A stretch of 64,000 nt of DNA from Octopus sinensis (taxonomy: Eukaryota), in NCBI RefSeq assembly GCF_006345805.1, contig NC_043000.1, positions 141,174,001-141,238,000 of the forward strand. The letters are read 5' to 3'. The position numbers and the translations under genes are program-made. Below, one piece after another: positions 39,363-52,377 of this stretch. Every line of letters starts with the position of its first letter. Positions within the stretch are counted from its first letter, which is position 1. The notes under the pieces are model-generated. The model was given only the letters and a program-made list of their open reading frames with translations, did not search any database and had not been told where the DNA came from.

Positions 39363-39572
39363 AAATTTTTGAAGTTTCAACTCTGTAAGAAATGATAAAA
39401 TCTTTAAAATTCTTTGAAATTGTGGATCTTTACAAATTTAACACTATACAATTATTTTTAACTATTTAGCTGTTACATCTATTTAATTTCTTTTTTTTAA
39501 TCTCAGGAAAAATATGATTGTTTCATTGATTCTCAAATGCTGTAATAGAATCTTTACAAAATCTTTTACAAG
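39363..39572 (+). CDS. Two candidate exons (39363-39384 and 39507-39572) joining in frame: xIFEVSTL|KNMIVSLILKCCNRIFTKSFT
   Basis: ttttgtag|22 nt|gtaaga, 122-nt intron, aatctcag|66 nt|gtaaac; the phases are compatible. Confidence 0.4.
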
Positions 39573-40065
39573 GTAAACTTGTACAGATTAGACACTTTCT
39601 TTCATTAGTTTTTAACTATTTTGTTAGTGAATATCATTGAATGCTTAGATTTCATATTTTTAGAAAATATAATGGAAACTATTTTCAAATCTTTTAACAC
39701 TGAAATCCATTATATAAATCGCTAAAAAATATATTTACACATGAAACATTTGTGGATAATGCTTTAAACACCAAGAAAACTTATAATAGATGTTTGCATT
39801 CTATGCTGAAGATAACATAACAAGCATTGATATTCCAGTAATGGAAACAGTTTTAAATTCAGTTTCTTACATTTTCATTTTTAATGTCAGTAACAATCAA
39901 GGTTGCATTGCTTCATTGAAAATATCATAAATCAAAGAAATTGTTAAGGAAAGTTTAGCAAATCAATTAAAATGTTATGTATTGGATTGAAAGAGCTTTT
40001 CATACTTTACTGAAAATGTATACTAAAATTTCTGAAGTTCTATTTAACTATATTCCTATAAGTAG

Positions 40066-40132
40066 GTGATATATCAGATCCTAGGGTGCTGTTGTGAAGC
40101 TCTGAGTTCCAACAAAATTTTGTTTGCACTGG
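40066..40132 (+). CDS. Candidate exon (VIYQILGCCCEALSSNKILFAL)
   Basis: tag|67 nt open|gtaatt; phase-1 end matches the reconstructed exon at 41265. Confidence 0.35.
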
Positions 40133-41264
40133 GTAATTCAAAACACTGCTACAGTGTGGTAGAATTACATTTATTATCTATTGAATGTGTAGTGTAATTC
40201 TTTCTGTTGTTTCTATTTAATTTAGTACAGCTTTAACAAATGAAAAAAAGATATATTAAAATCAAGTAGAAGGATTTATCATTAAATCATTAAATTTATT
40301 TCCAACCTTCTACAAGAATTAAGTATTGGATATATTTTGGGATATTTCTAGTTCTGATTAGCTTTTATCGAAAATGTTTTCTTTTTTCCTCTGAAAATTC
40401 TATATCAGCTAAATGCAATCTTTGTATTAACTAAATGAAACTCCAGTATAAATGAAGCAGAATATTTGTAATAACCAAGTCCAATACCTGTGTTAAGCAA
40501 GTATAATGTTTGTATTATCTAGGTACAGTCCCTATATTAACCAATATTACATTTTTATATTCCTTATATATGTCACAGTGTTTAGGCCATTTCTGATGCC
40601 ATGCAAGCACTTAACTTTGGTGAACTCAACAGATGATATGCAAATATTCCATGGATAGGATTGTATCTATTAGCAGACAAGATGACAATTAAGTGTCTCT
40701 TCAATAAATATAACACAATTAAATATCTACTTCATAGAGTCTTTCAGTAAATACATTATTTATTTATCCATTTTAATTCTTATTTATTTGAGATGAATTT
40801 TGATATATAAATGTCTGCATTTATGCATGTCGAGCAAAGTATATGGCAGTCTACATATGTACTGAAACTGGTATAGATGAGTGGTTAAGAAGTTTGCTTC
40901 ACAACGATATGAACCAATGATATGAACCTTTGCTTAGCATCTTGGACAAGTGTCTTTATCATAGCCTCAGCTTAATCCAAGCTTTGTTAGTGAAACTGAG
41001 TTGACAGAAATTGTTTGGAAGTATTTCAAGTGGATTGTATCAATAATTCAATAATCCTGCCTTAGCACATATTGTATCAAACTGCTTCTGTTTAAGAATT
41101 TCATAAAGTACACATGTTATGTGGAATATCCATCCTTACTCGCTAACTGAACATGATGGACATTTAGTTTAAAAAAACAACTGAATTCTCACTGTTGAAA
41201 CCAACAAAGGATCCACTGCACCTATCTAACTGCATAATTTTTGATTATTATATTATATTTACAG

Positions 41265-41882
41265 GTATTATTGCCCTAGTGTGGAGGCGCAATGGCCCAG
41301 TGGTTAGGGAACAGACTAGTGATTGTAGGATTGTGGTTTTGATTCCCAGACCGGGCATTCTGAGTGTTTATTGAGCAAAAACACCAAAGGCTCCATGAGG
41401 CTCAAGCAGGAGGTGGTGGTGGACCCTGCTGTACTCTTTCTCCACAACTTTCTCTCACTCTCTCTTCTTGTTTCTGTTGTACCTGTATTTCAAAGGGTCA
41501 GCCTTGTCACACTCTGTGTCACGCTGAATCTCCCCGAGAACTACGTTAAGAGTACACGTGTCTGTGAAATGCTCAGCCACTTGCACGTTAATAAATGAGC
41601 TGCGACGTCACTGGTGCCAAACTGTATCAGTCCTTGCCTTTCCCTTGGATAACATCGGTGGCATGGAGAGAGGAGGCTGGTATGCATGGGTGACTGTTGG
41701 TCTTCCATAAACAACATTGCCCAGACTTGTGCCGTGGAGGGTAACTTTCTAGGTGCAATCCCATGGTCATTCATGACCGAAGGGGGTCACAACAACGACA
41801 CAACAATTGCCCAAGTGAGAAAAGAATACACCATTGTTACAATGAATACCAGTTACTTACTGAAATTGACTGAATTAACAAT
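41265..41882 (+). pseudogene. Apparent 82-nt exon (xIIA(L/Q)VRKEYTIVTMNTSYLLKLTELT) split by a SINE insertion
   Basis: tatttacag| at 41264 and |gtatgt at 41883. Removing the SINE and one TSD copy (attgccc(t/a)agtg, 41270-41281 / 41806-41817) restores an open frame. Confidence 0.5.
41282..41805 (+). mobile_element. tRNA-type SINE family C with LINE-like 3' tail and 12-bp TSD
   Basis: tRNA-like head ggcgcaatggcccagtggttag..ggttttgattccc; body shared with 26029-26348; tail shared with 47150-47450. Confidence 0.85.
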
Positions 41883-42968
41883 GTATGTGTGCACACCACT
41901 CTATAGTGTAAATGTAACACATTGGCATATATAAGAAATACTTATAATTACTATAATCAATTTAACACCCTCTTTTTCATGTGTTTGCCTCTTATTTCAG
42001 GGCTACCATTTCTTTTGTTGCCCTTGTGCCAAAATAAAGATATTATCATGATTACTGTTATTACTAAATTGCCTGAGTGTTTGCTAAATGGCATCTTTTT
42101 GCAAATGATAAAAGTTTAAAGACACTAGTTTCAAAAGTGCCATGTTCTTTGTTTTCGCAACTCTGCTAATACAAAAGAACATAGCCTGCAAGATTATGAG
42201 ATTCCATTGCCAGACATAGATGTTTTCTTCTTTTAATCTATGCATTTAATTTATTACTTTAATAACGAGATGTCGCCAATACACTGAATTGAGAGAACTT
42301 CTCATGTCACTGTAAAATCTGGAATGTTCCAGCAAGTCTGTCGATGATTCTTTGCAGTTTCTCTAGAGGCCTTCATTTAAGAAGGCATATAATCAATATC
42401 AGTCAGTTCTAAGACACTGCTGTGTTTGTTTAGCCACACAAGAAGCTGTCAAGAGAAAGAGAGGCTCACAATAAGAAACTAATATATCTACGAAATAGAC
42501 ACATGAATATTGTATAGCTAACATGAGACAGATTTCAGCTCAGAGAACAAATGATTTCCTTATAAAACAAAAGGCAAATTGGCAACTCTGAATAGAAGAA
42601 GATAGAATAAGATTACCATTATTTACTATTGTCCAAAATGTTATAATAACAATAACAACAATAGCAACAACAACAACAACAACAGCAAGAATATTATTGC
42701 AGATGTAGCTGTTTTTATTGCTTTTATTCATTTCTTTTATTCTTTATTGCAATTAATGAGCACCATCATCATTGGTTACAGGTATTTGATGAGCCAGTCA
42801 CTGGTTCACTGCTTTCCTTGTGGCAACAGTAAAAAGAGAGTGTCTGTGTAACAGTGCAGAACAAATATCAACATGAGACTTCATTTCCAGACCAATAGAT
42901 TTTCATTTTTCTCCTGTCATTTACATTCTTTGTGAGCATACATAATAAATGGTATACTTGAGTGTGTG

Positions 42969-43199
42969 AGCGGTGAGCTGGCAGAATCGTTAGCACGCTG
43001 GGCGAAATGCGTAGCCGTATTTCGTCTGACGTTACATTCTGAGTTCAAATTCCGCCGAGGTTGACTTTGCATTTCATCCTTTGGGGTCGATAAATTAAGT
43101 ACCAGTTACGCACTGGGGGTTGATGTAATCGACTTAATCCGTTTGTCTGTCCTTGTTTGTCCCCTCTATGTTTAGCTCCTTGTGAGTAGTAAAGAAATA
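42969..43199 (+). mobile_element. SINE family B with an 18-bp TSD
   Basis: ggtatacttgagtgtgtg at 42951-42968 and 43200-43217. Confidence 0.9.
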
Positions 43200-43264
43200 G
43201 GTATACTTGAGTGTGTGTGTGTGTGTCTGTGTGGGTGTGTGTATTGTAGTTATGGCATTATTGT

Positions 43265-43702
43265 GTCACACAACTGGCACTCAGGCCAGTGGCACACAAA
43301 AGCACCAATTACATTCTCGAAGAGGTTGCCATTAGGAAGGGCATCCAGCTGTAGAAACCATGCCAAATCAGGCTGGATTCTTGTACAGCCCCTCAGCTTC
43401 CCAGCCCTGGTCAAACTGTCCAACCCATGCCAACATGGACAACAGACATTAAATGATGATGATAATACATATATACATACATACATACCCCCTTATATAT
43501 GTTTATATGCATGCTGGTGGCACGTAAAAAGCACCCACTACACTCACGGAGTGGTTGGCGTTAGGAAGGGCATCCAGCTATAGAAACACTGCCAGATCAC
43601 ACTGGAGCCTGGTGCGGCCTCCTGGCTTCCCAGACCCCGGTTGTACTGTCCAACCCGTGCTAGCACAGAAAACGGATGTTAAATGATGATGATGATGATG
43701 AT
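43265..43702 (+). mobile_element. Two adjacent RTE 3'-end fragments
   Basis: Each has gtggcac..aaaagcacc...gaagggcatccagct...ttaaatgatgatg. Confidence 0.8.
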
Positions 43703-44039
43703 TACATCTACACATAAACACACACACATTGTCAATTAATGTCCATGTTCTCTGTTCACACGGGTTGAACTGTTTGATAGGATCTGATCAGTCCAAGGAC
43801 TATATGAGATTCCAGTGTCGGTTTTAGCCTTTCCACAACAGGATGTTCTTCTCAATACTTACCATGTTATATCATACACTGGGTACTTTTTTCAAGTCAA
43901 TAATATTGGGGACATTGCTATGCACCTTGCAAGATAGGAAACTTGTGAAAGGAGGCTTTATGCTAAGTGATGAGCGGTTAAGGCATGAGAGAGTGGGATA
44001 GAGCTGTATAAAGTTTCTTGCTGTGAAGTAACCACGTTA

Positions 44040-44760
44040 TTATTCAAATTTTAAAAGAGAGAATGAGAGTTCAAGTGGTGCTGGAAAGTGATGAAAATAA
44101 TGTTGAGGGGATGTCTACTTGGACCCTTAAAGTACAAGGTGAGTTGATATGAGTGGGGGACAGAGGAACAAGAAATGTAGATTGATGGAGATAGCATGAT
44201 CATATGTGGGTGTGAGAGATAAAGAATTGATGAAACGAAGAGTACAGGCAACAATTGTAAAGACTGGGTAGGGTTCAAGGGTGGGCAAAGTGAATGGTGG
44301 GTAATAGATGGGGTATGACCAATCATGCTTGAGTTGGAGGAGGCAAGAAAAGTAGAAGATAACTGGCAGTGCCCAAACAGGGGAGGAGATTAGCAGAATA
44401 GTAATGAATGTACAGAAGACAAGGGAAGAATAAGGGTGAGGTGATGTATGGTAGGGTAAGTTGCAGGAGTGGTAGGAGAGAGAAGTAGGTATAGAGCATG
44501 AGGAAAATGAGAGACATAAAGTGGTGGAAAACGTGAGATTATTTGATAAGTCAGGGGATTGAGTGTGATCGATGTAAAGTGAGGATGTAAAGAACAGTAT
44601 TAATGGATGAAGGATGTATGCAAATTGAAGGCATAAGATGTAAGACAAAGAAATCAATGAAGAATTACAGTTGGAGAGATATTGGGTATTGGAAGAGTCT
44701 TGAGGAGGAAACGAGGCAAAGGAATCAGAACTTAGTTTTGCCTTCTTGGAAGTTCTTCTT
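44040..44760 (-). mobile_element. Purine-rich decayed PLE remnant (related segments at 52200-53050 and 55505-55725)
   Basis: Minus-strand ..CSSVPHSYQLTLYFKGPSRHPLNII.. and ..CSSVPTYINRPCTLR.. resemble the PLE linker just before GIY-YIG; the copies share ggggacagaggaacaa. Confidence 0.45.
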
Positions 44761-45077
44761 GAGAGCTGTGTATATATATTTGTGTATACATACATACATA
44801 CATAATACATACATACATAAATACATACATACATCCATACATACATATATATACATATAAATATATATAATTAAGAGAGGTAACCCACACCTAAATAATA
44901 CTCACCCCACCCTAATTACCCAACGAAACTAACCAATCTACCACAAGCAAACCTCTACCCAGTGATTTTACCAGTGCAAGACCAAAATTTCAATGTAAGA
45001 ATTACCACTTTGTTTACATTACCATCACATATGTACCAATCATTTCCGCATCCTAACGGATGCATCTCTCTATACTC

Positions 45078-45126
45078 ACATTCTGGAGAGATTTACTTAC
45101 TCCAGTAATCGAAACGATCATATATG
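45078..45126 (+). ncRNA. Decayed type I hammerhead in a (TA)n-flanked insert (44870-45232)
   Basis: acatt-CTGGAGA-GATT(t)ACT-tactcc-AGTAATC-GAAAC-GATC-ATA-tatg. A6 to G, and GUA to AUA. Confidence 0.5.
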
Positions 45127-45229
45127 CCCCTCTCATCTCTGCTTCTTACTTCTTTGTTACCTATTTAATTAAAGACATGCCAGCATACATCATGAGTTTC
45201 CCATTGTTATTATATCCTTTTTCTTCTCT

Positions 45230-45261
<32 letters not shown>

Positions 45262-45666
45262 CATATGTATATATAAAAGCATCATTTAACGGAGGTGCAT
45301 CAGCATGGCTGCAGCTCTGAGGTTAAACTACAGAAAAAAAGTATAGTATTTTGTGAGTGGGGTGAGTTTTTATCACTAGCTGAGGATGGGTAACCACCCA
45401 GAAACTCAAGTCCGTGTGTATCATCTAAGGCTAGAGATGGGAACGATGACTATCTTCACAAATACTAATTGGATACAGAATGTGTGTCATTAGCCAGCTG
45501 GAAGAGATGCCTTCCTGGGGCTATAAATGCCAGTGGCATTGTGCTGCATAGGACACCATACTTGGTTGGCAATTATCATCATCATCATCAACATCATCTT
45601 TTAACGTCATGTATGTATATGTGTGTGTGTGTGTGTGTGTATTTATTTATTTACATCAATTAAATT

Positions 45667-46890
45667 TTGGGTTGGCAACTATGTTCCTGCGGTTTTTTTA
45701 AATTTTGGAATCTACTTTTTTTGAGAATTCTATTTTTGAATCATTTTGAAATCTATTTTGTTTTATTTCTAGTTAATTTTAGTTAATTTCTGTTTATTTT
45801 TAGATAATTAAAATGGAATGTCAAGTTAAGAAAAACGTGCATTTTCGACACCTCCTTCTTTTTGTTATTAATCAAAGTTTTAAGGCCACAAAAGCTGCTC
45901 GTGACATTTGTGCTGTGTATGGAGAAAGCGCCATAGCTGAAAGAACCGCTCATGATTGGTATGCCAAGTTCAAAAATGGAAATTTTGACCTCAAAGATGC
46001 ACCACGTTTTGGCCATCCAGTTAAGTTCAATGAAGAGCGATTAAACCAACTTTTGCATGAAAATTCTCATCAAACGACAAGGACACTGGCAAAGAAAATG
46101 GAATGCTCCCACACTGCTATAGAGAAGCATCTTCACTCGATGGGAAAGGTCCAGAAGTATGGCGCATGGGTTCTGCATGCTTTAAGGGACAACAACAAAA
46201 ATCAACGAGCCATAATCTCTGCTGGTTTGCTTGCTCGTCATCACTTAACTCATGGACACAAATAACGATTTCTTTAACGATTCAAAGCGATAAAAAATGG
46301 TGCTTGTACATCAATGTGAAGCAGCGTAAGGAATGACTTAGCCCCAGTAAACAAGCAACACCACGTGTGAAACAAGATGTTGTGCATATGGAGGGACTGG
46401 GAAGTGATTATTCATTACGAATTGCTTTAACAGAATCAAACAGTCAATGCAGAACTCAATGTTCAAAAGATGGAATTACTCAATATGGCTATCCAAGAGA
46501 AAAGACCTAATCAGCATGACAACGCCTGCCCTCATATCGCCAATATGACCAAGGAAGCCATTGAAATGCACGGCTAGGAAGTGCTGCCACACCCGTCATA
46601 CTCTTCTGATTTGGCACCAATGGATTTCCACCTCTTTCGATCTCTTTCAAATGCTATGTGTGGAGTTTCATTCAATACTGATGCAGAATTGAGAGCTTGG
46701 TTGAATCAAATTTTCAAGTCGAAATCGAGTGATTTCTACCAATGAGGTATTGAAATTCTTGTTGAACGTTGGGAAGAAGTTGTAAACAACAAAGGTGAAT
46801 ACATTATTGATTAATTAGTTGTTATTTTTTATTAAACCTTTTAAAAAATATAAATTTTAAAAACCGGCGGGAACTTAGTTGCCAACCCAA
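45667..46890 (+). mobile_element. Full-length decayed mariner element (1224 bp)
   Basis: TIRs ttgggttggcaactatgttcctgcggttt / aaaccggcgggaacttagttgccaacccaa. ORF 45813-46265 gives the HTH and WVLH (WVPHEL-like); later HDNACPH and YSSDLAPMDFHLFRSL, with frameshifts and stops. Confidence 0.93.
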
Positions 46891-47149
46891 TAAAAGGATA
46901 AAATCTATATAAGATTTTATCAAGTAGCCAGCATGAAAATCAATCAAGGTAACAAATTAATTCTAAGCATATGATTTTTTAAAATACATTATTACATTAA
47001 AATACATTATTGCATCAGACTGGAGTCTGGTGCAGCTTTCTGGCTTGCCAGCCCCATGTCAAACCGTCCAACCCATGCCAGCATGAAAAGCGAACATTAT
47101 ACGATGATGATGATGATGATATATGTAAAAGGGTTATGTATATAAGGGT

Positions 47150-47450
47150 TAAGACTCCCTTTGGTCATGAATGACCATGCTTTTTGCACCTAGAAAGATA
47201 TCTGCTGAGGCACAAGTCTGGGCAAATATACCAGCTTCCACTCTCCGTGCCACCGATATTATCCAAGGAAACGGCAAAGGCCAACACAGCTTAGGCACAA
47301 ATGATGTCGTTACTCATTTCTGCAGCTCATTGAACTGGAGCAATGTGAAATAAAGTGTCTTGCTCAAGAATACAACAAGCAGCCCGGTCTGGGAATTGAA
47401 CTCACTACATCATGATTGAGAGCCCGATGCTCTAACCACTGAACTATATG
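47150..47450 (-). mobile_element. SINE family C relative
   Basis: Reverse complement of a tRNA head plus ttgagcaagacactttatttcac..., with the tail shared with 41600-41790. Confidence 0.75.
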
Positions 47451-47544
47451 TGTTCACTATACTATATATATATATATATATACCGATATACATGCATACA
47501 TATACATACATACATATATATATAAATATATATATATGTATATA

Positions 47545-47592
<48 letters not shown>

Positions 47593-47595
47593 ATA

Positions 47596-48073
47596 TATAT
47601 ATGAATAATATATGGCCTGTGCTAGATCACCGGCGATAATAATTAATTTTATTTTATCGCATTTTGACTTTGTTTACATATATCTCGATAAATTTTGAGC
47701 GTTAGACAATATACCAGAAACCCCTAGTTTGTCGGGTATGTTCTGCGTCTGTGCAGTGATCTGATTAGTTAGAAAGAGCAAATTAGTAGACGCACATGCT
47801 TCTATTGAGGTGCGATTTCAGAATAACAGGGCTCTTACTGATGAATCTCCCTGAGTAAATAAATTATTTTTATTGCTGAAAAAGACGAAACTGCAGTATA
47901 AGATGAACCGAGTTAGTAAACGTTTTTATTTTCATTTCACTAAATTTATCAAGCTTCTGTGTATCTAGTACATACTTCGCCTTTAATGTACTTATATATG
48001 AATAATATATGGCCTGTGCTAGATCACCGGCGATAATAATTAATTTTATTTTATCGCATTTTGACTTTGTTTA
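47596..48073 (+). mobile_element. Retrozyme/pLTR-like unit: 397-bp period, identical 76-bp terminal direct repeats, internal hammerhead
   Basis: 47601-47676 equals 47998-48073; bounded by (TA)n on both sides; CpG-rich relative to flanks; hammerhead at 47833-47903. Confidence 0.75.
47833..47903 (+). ncRNA. Type I hammerhead ribozyme with intact core and palindromic stem III
   Basis: TCTTA-CTGATGA-ATCT..AT-rich..AGAC-GAAAC-TGCA-GTA-TAAGA. Stem I 5 bp, ACTGCAGT perfect palindrome; the stem II closing pair is an A.C mismatch. Confidence 0.7.
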
Positions 48074-49545
48074 TATATATATATATGTATATATATATGT
48101 ATATATATATCTGCTGCCTGACTGGCACCCATGCTTGCCAGTGGCATGTGAAAATCATCATTCGAGCATGGCCAATGCCAGTACCGCCTGACTGGTTCTC
48201 ATGCTGGTGGCACTACGCTCTTTGAGTGGTTGGTGTTTGGAAGGACATCCAGCTTTAGAGATCGTGCCAAATCAGATTGGACCTAGTGCAGTTTCCTGGC
48301 CTACCAGTTCTCAGTCAATTTGTCCAACCCATGCCAGCATGGAAAGTGGATGTTAAGTGATAATGATGATGATAATGTTGGTATATATATATATATATGT
48401 GTGTGTGTGTATGTATGTATGTATGTATGTATGTATGTATGTATGTATGTATGTATGTTTGAAATGGATGTTAAATTATTTATAATCTAGTAAGCAAACG
48501 ATAGATTTGTCATGATTTTATCATCTTCAATCATAGATGTATTCATCCAGGTTGACTTGTAGCATAGCAACATCACCAGCAACAACAACTAGAACTTCTG
48601 ACAGAAATCTATGTTTGCATATGGAATTATAAAATGTTTTCATCATTATAATATTATTTCCTTCCTTTATTGTTTCATGGCAATTTTTCCTTGTAGTACC
48701 TTTAATATTGTCAAGAGTATAACTGTATACAGAATATTAAGTGCATGATTATTTAGGCAGTGTTTTTATACTGTTATTTTTTGTGCTTTGTATTCTTTTA
48801 TATTGAGAATGTTGACCATTGCTTTTTGGTGTTCTTCTCTCAATTAATTTAAATTGTTAATGCTAATCACCAGCAGCGATTTCTTAATATTTTGACAGGT
48901 GTAACTCATCTAATTTTTTCTGACTCAATTAAAGAAGACCTGGTGATAATTAGCATAGCTTATTCATAGGAAAGATGGTGATTCATTCTTTGCCATAATA
49001 ATTGTACCTCATCTGCACTAATTCTTCCACATTTTCATTTCAGAGTCAGTGATTCTTACTACTAAAGTTTTCTTAGATTATTTATTACAGAGTTTTGGCA
49101 ATGTTACAAAAGTCTGATTACCCTAAAAGATCATCTAATATTGGGAAGACAAAACTTTTAAAAGTTTTAAGGTTTTTAGCTGTGTCTTGCTATTATTGAA
49201 AGAGTTTTACTTGTCACATATCTGGCACCATCAAAAACAAAAACAACAGTCCAAGAAATATATCTAGGACAGTATTACCTGTTGTGTTTTTTTACTCTTT
49301 TACTAGTACGGTGTGATCTAATGGAGGCTGAACTACTACTATTCAAATGACCACATAGAAGGTCCATCATAAGCTTAGAAATGAGTTCACTAGCAAAAGT
49401 GGGATTGGTAGTAGCAATAGTTTAGATATTTCTAACATTATTTCTGAGGGTTATAATTGTGACTTTTAATGACTAATAATATATCTTTCTGTCAGTGTTA
49501 TGCTTTAGAGTAAGAATATTCTAAGTGTTGGTTTTGATATTGTAG

Positions 49546-49671
49546 CATAATAGTCTTCCATGAGGAACTGCAAGAAATGGCACTTATTTTTGTCAGGGAT
49601 CTTATTAAATCAATCTATCATGGCATGTGTGCTACTCCAGAGAGTTCATGTCAAGTGTGTTTTTGTTTTCG
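49546..49671 (+). CDS. Candidate exon (xIIVFHEELQEMALIFVRDLIKSIYHGMCATPESSCQVCFCF)
   Basis: ttgtag|126 nt, phase 2 to 2, open|gtatga; in-frame stop just upstream of the acceptor; joins in frame to 51489-51510. Confidence 0.45.
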
Positions 49672-50574
49672 GTATGAATGGGTTGCTGATTTTCTTGTTG
49701 ATAATGCCTAAGCCTGATGTTAAAGAGTTAATTAGTCTAACATGTGTTGTGAGTGGAACTGGATTTTTGTTTACTGATGCACGTAATTACATTTATATAT
49801 GGACATATTTGAAAATGTATGCATGCATATGGGCAAAGATATATGAACATTTCAGGGTTCATGTGTGTATGTATTGCTGTATTTATATATATATATATAT
49901 ATGAGCAAAACACCCCCCATCCAATGGACGGTGCTGAATCATATCTGCTGAATAAAAAGCAATCAGTGTTTTCTTTTCATTAAAAAATAATTAAGCAAAC
50001 CTTTATTTCAATAAAATTTGGGTGTTTGTTAAACAGAGTTAAGGCAAACAAAAAACTTGAGAAACCAAATAGTCTTTCCTTCCTTCATGCCAAGTTTGAA
50101 GAAAATAAATCTTTTGCATCTTACTTTTTTGGTCTCTTAAATATATGGCGTTTTGTGGCATTATTTCAAGCCAGTCAGCTTTTTTTGTGCAAGACCGAAA
50201 TTTTTGGGGAGGAGGCCAGTTGATAAGATCGACCCCAGTCTGCAACTGGTACTTAATTTATCGACCCCAAAAGTATGAAAGGCAAAGTCAACCATGGCGA
50301 ATTTTGAACTCGGAACGTAAAGACAGACGAAATACCGCCAAGCATTTCGCCCGGCATGATAATGTTTCTGCCAGATCACCGCCTTTCCTTTCCACAAGTT
50401 TAACAAATATTTATTCTACTAAGCAGCGTTCAGTAATTGGTCAGATGAATATTAAAGTCTTTTTATGTATAACTTGACATAGAAATAAACATATGTATTG
50501 TGAGATGTGTAATGTTTTAGGCTACAAGCTGTTAAAGGTTTATAACCAGAAACATTATGTCATATAGCAGTCAT

Positions 50575-51015
50575 TATCATCATCATCATCATCATCATCA
50601 TTGTTTAACGTCCGCTTTCCTTGCTAGTATGGGTTGGACGATTTGACTGAGGACTGGCGAACCAGATAGCTGCACCAAGCTCCAATCTGATCTGGCAGAG
50701 TTTCTACAGCTGGATGTCCTTCCTAATGCCAACCACTCCAAGAGTGTAGTGGGTGCTTTTATGTACCACCAGCACAAGGGCCAGTCAGGCGGTACTGGCA
50801 ATGGCCACACTCAAATGGTGCTTTTTTATGTGCCACCTGCACAGGAGCCAGTACAGCGGCACTGGCAACAACCTCGCTCAAATGTTTTTTCACATGCCAC
50901 TGGCACAAGTGCCAATAAGATGATGCTGGTAACAATCGTGCTCGAATGGTGCTTTTTATGTGCCACTGGCACAGAAGCCAGTTAGCTGCTCTGGCAACGA
51001 TCACACTTGGATGGT
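50575..51015 (-). mobile_element. RTE 3'-end fragment with four 64-67-bp 3'UTR subrepeats
   Basis: (CAT)n tail at 50575; ggtgctttttatgtgccactggcac units at about 50752, 50818, 50885 and 50948. Confidence 0.85.
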
Positions 51016-51488
51016 GCTTAACAGTATTTTTCCCTTTTGTGGCAGCCAAAATTATATTCACCTGATAATCTGTTTTCGTTTTTGAGTTGCATTGTTTCAT
51101 AGGGGCTTAAGTTATGTTCAAGCTAACTGTAGGAGAATAAAACTTGAAATGATAAAGATGAAATAAAATTTTTCAATATAGCTAAAGGTTTCCATGTTAA
51201 AATTATATAAATTAGATTCCACACTTGATAATAATATGATGTTAAATAACATAGATATTGATATCAATAAACATTAAATGTTTATTCAGACACTAAAATT
51301 GATATAAGAATATATTCTGTAAAAAGCATAAAATCATAACCAATATTTAAAATATCTTTGTTAAGCATTAATAAAATATCATTAGACTGTTACATGTTAA
51401 ATATAAGTAATAGAAATAGGCAGATGTAAATAAAAATATATCTGGTTGCATGTTGAACAAGCATTCTTGAAGCTGTTCCTTTCAACAG

Positions 51489-51510
51489 GACCTTTGAACC
51501 AGGAACCAAA
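51489..51510 (+). CDS. Candidate 22-nt exon (xTFEPGTK)
   Basis: ttcctttcaacag|GACCTTTGAACCAGGAACCAAA|gtatgt; phase-2 entry matches the previous candidate. Confidence 0.4.
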
Positions 51511-51849
51511 GTATGTGAAAAACAAATGTTGAGGTGGCAGATAATATAGGATAATTATGTTAGAACTAAATACAAGCTATATAGAATTTTCTATGATATT
51601 CTTTGATAATGGCATCATGATTCTTTGCAGAACCTCAACTGCTAAAATAGATGTGAAACACCAATATGTATGTGCATAGATGCCATAGATTCTGCAGAAT
51701 TGGCATGCGATTTGAATTGGCATAGCCATAGTTACCTATCTTTCTTTTTGTTTTCTTTTTCTTTTTTTTTCGTTTTGTTGTACAAAATGAGAAGTCATGA
51801 AAATATGACCTCAATTACCACACACATCCAAATACATATATATATATTA

Positions 51850-51916
<67 letters not shown>

Positions 51917-52115
51917 CTGGATAGATAGATAGATAAATAGATAGATAGATATATATATACATACATGTATGTATGTGTATATATGTATTATATATATGCA
52001 TGTATGTATGTATGTATATATACATATATATTTGTATAAAAGTTGAAAATCGTAAATGCACAAACGAACAGAAAACAGACATAGAGGGTCACCAACTACT
52101 CATATATATAGTGTG

Positions 52116-52152
<37 letters not shown>

Positions 52153-52377
52153 GAGATAGAGAGAGAGAGAGAGAGAAAGAGAGAGAAATATTGGTATCCA
52201 GAAGACCCAAGGTGGCAGGTAACGCTATGTATGGAAGGACCTTAGTTAAACTCTCGGTTCAATAATGATATGAGTGAGGAGTCCAATGCAGGTCTTGTAT
52301 GAGCATGTGTATGCTACATAAAATGAGGCAACAAAGCAAAGGCTCTGTGGAGATTTCAGGGCATTTGTAAAGAGTAA

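Noticed and set aside
49560-49904. Listed 114-aa ORF as a gene
   Set aside because: It runs into (TA)n; a different frame bounded by splice sites (49546-49671) is the better candidate.
50750-51015. CRISPR-like array of conserved cores with variable spacers (also at 59560-59800 and 63500-63780)
   Set aside because: The units are degenerate along their whole length, lie in the RTE 3'UTR of a eukaryotic genome, and there are no cas genes.
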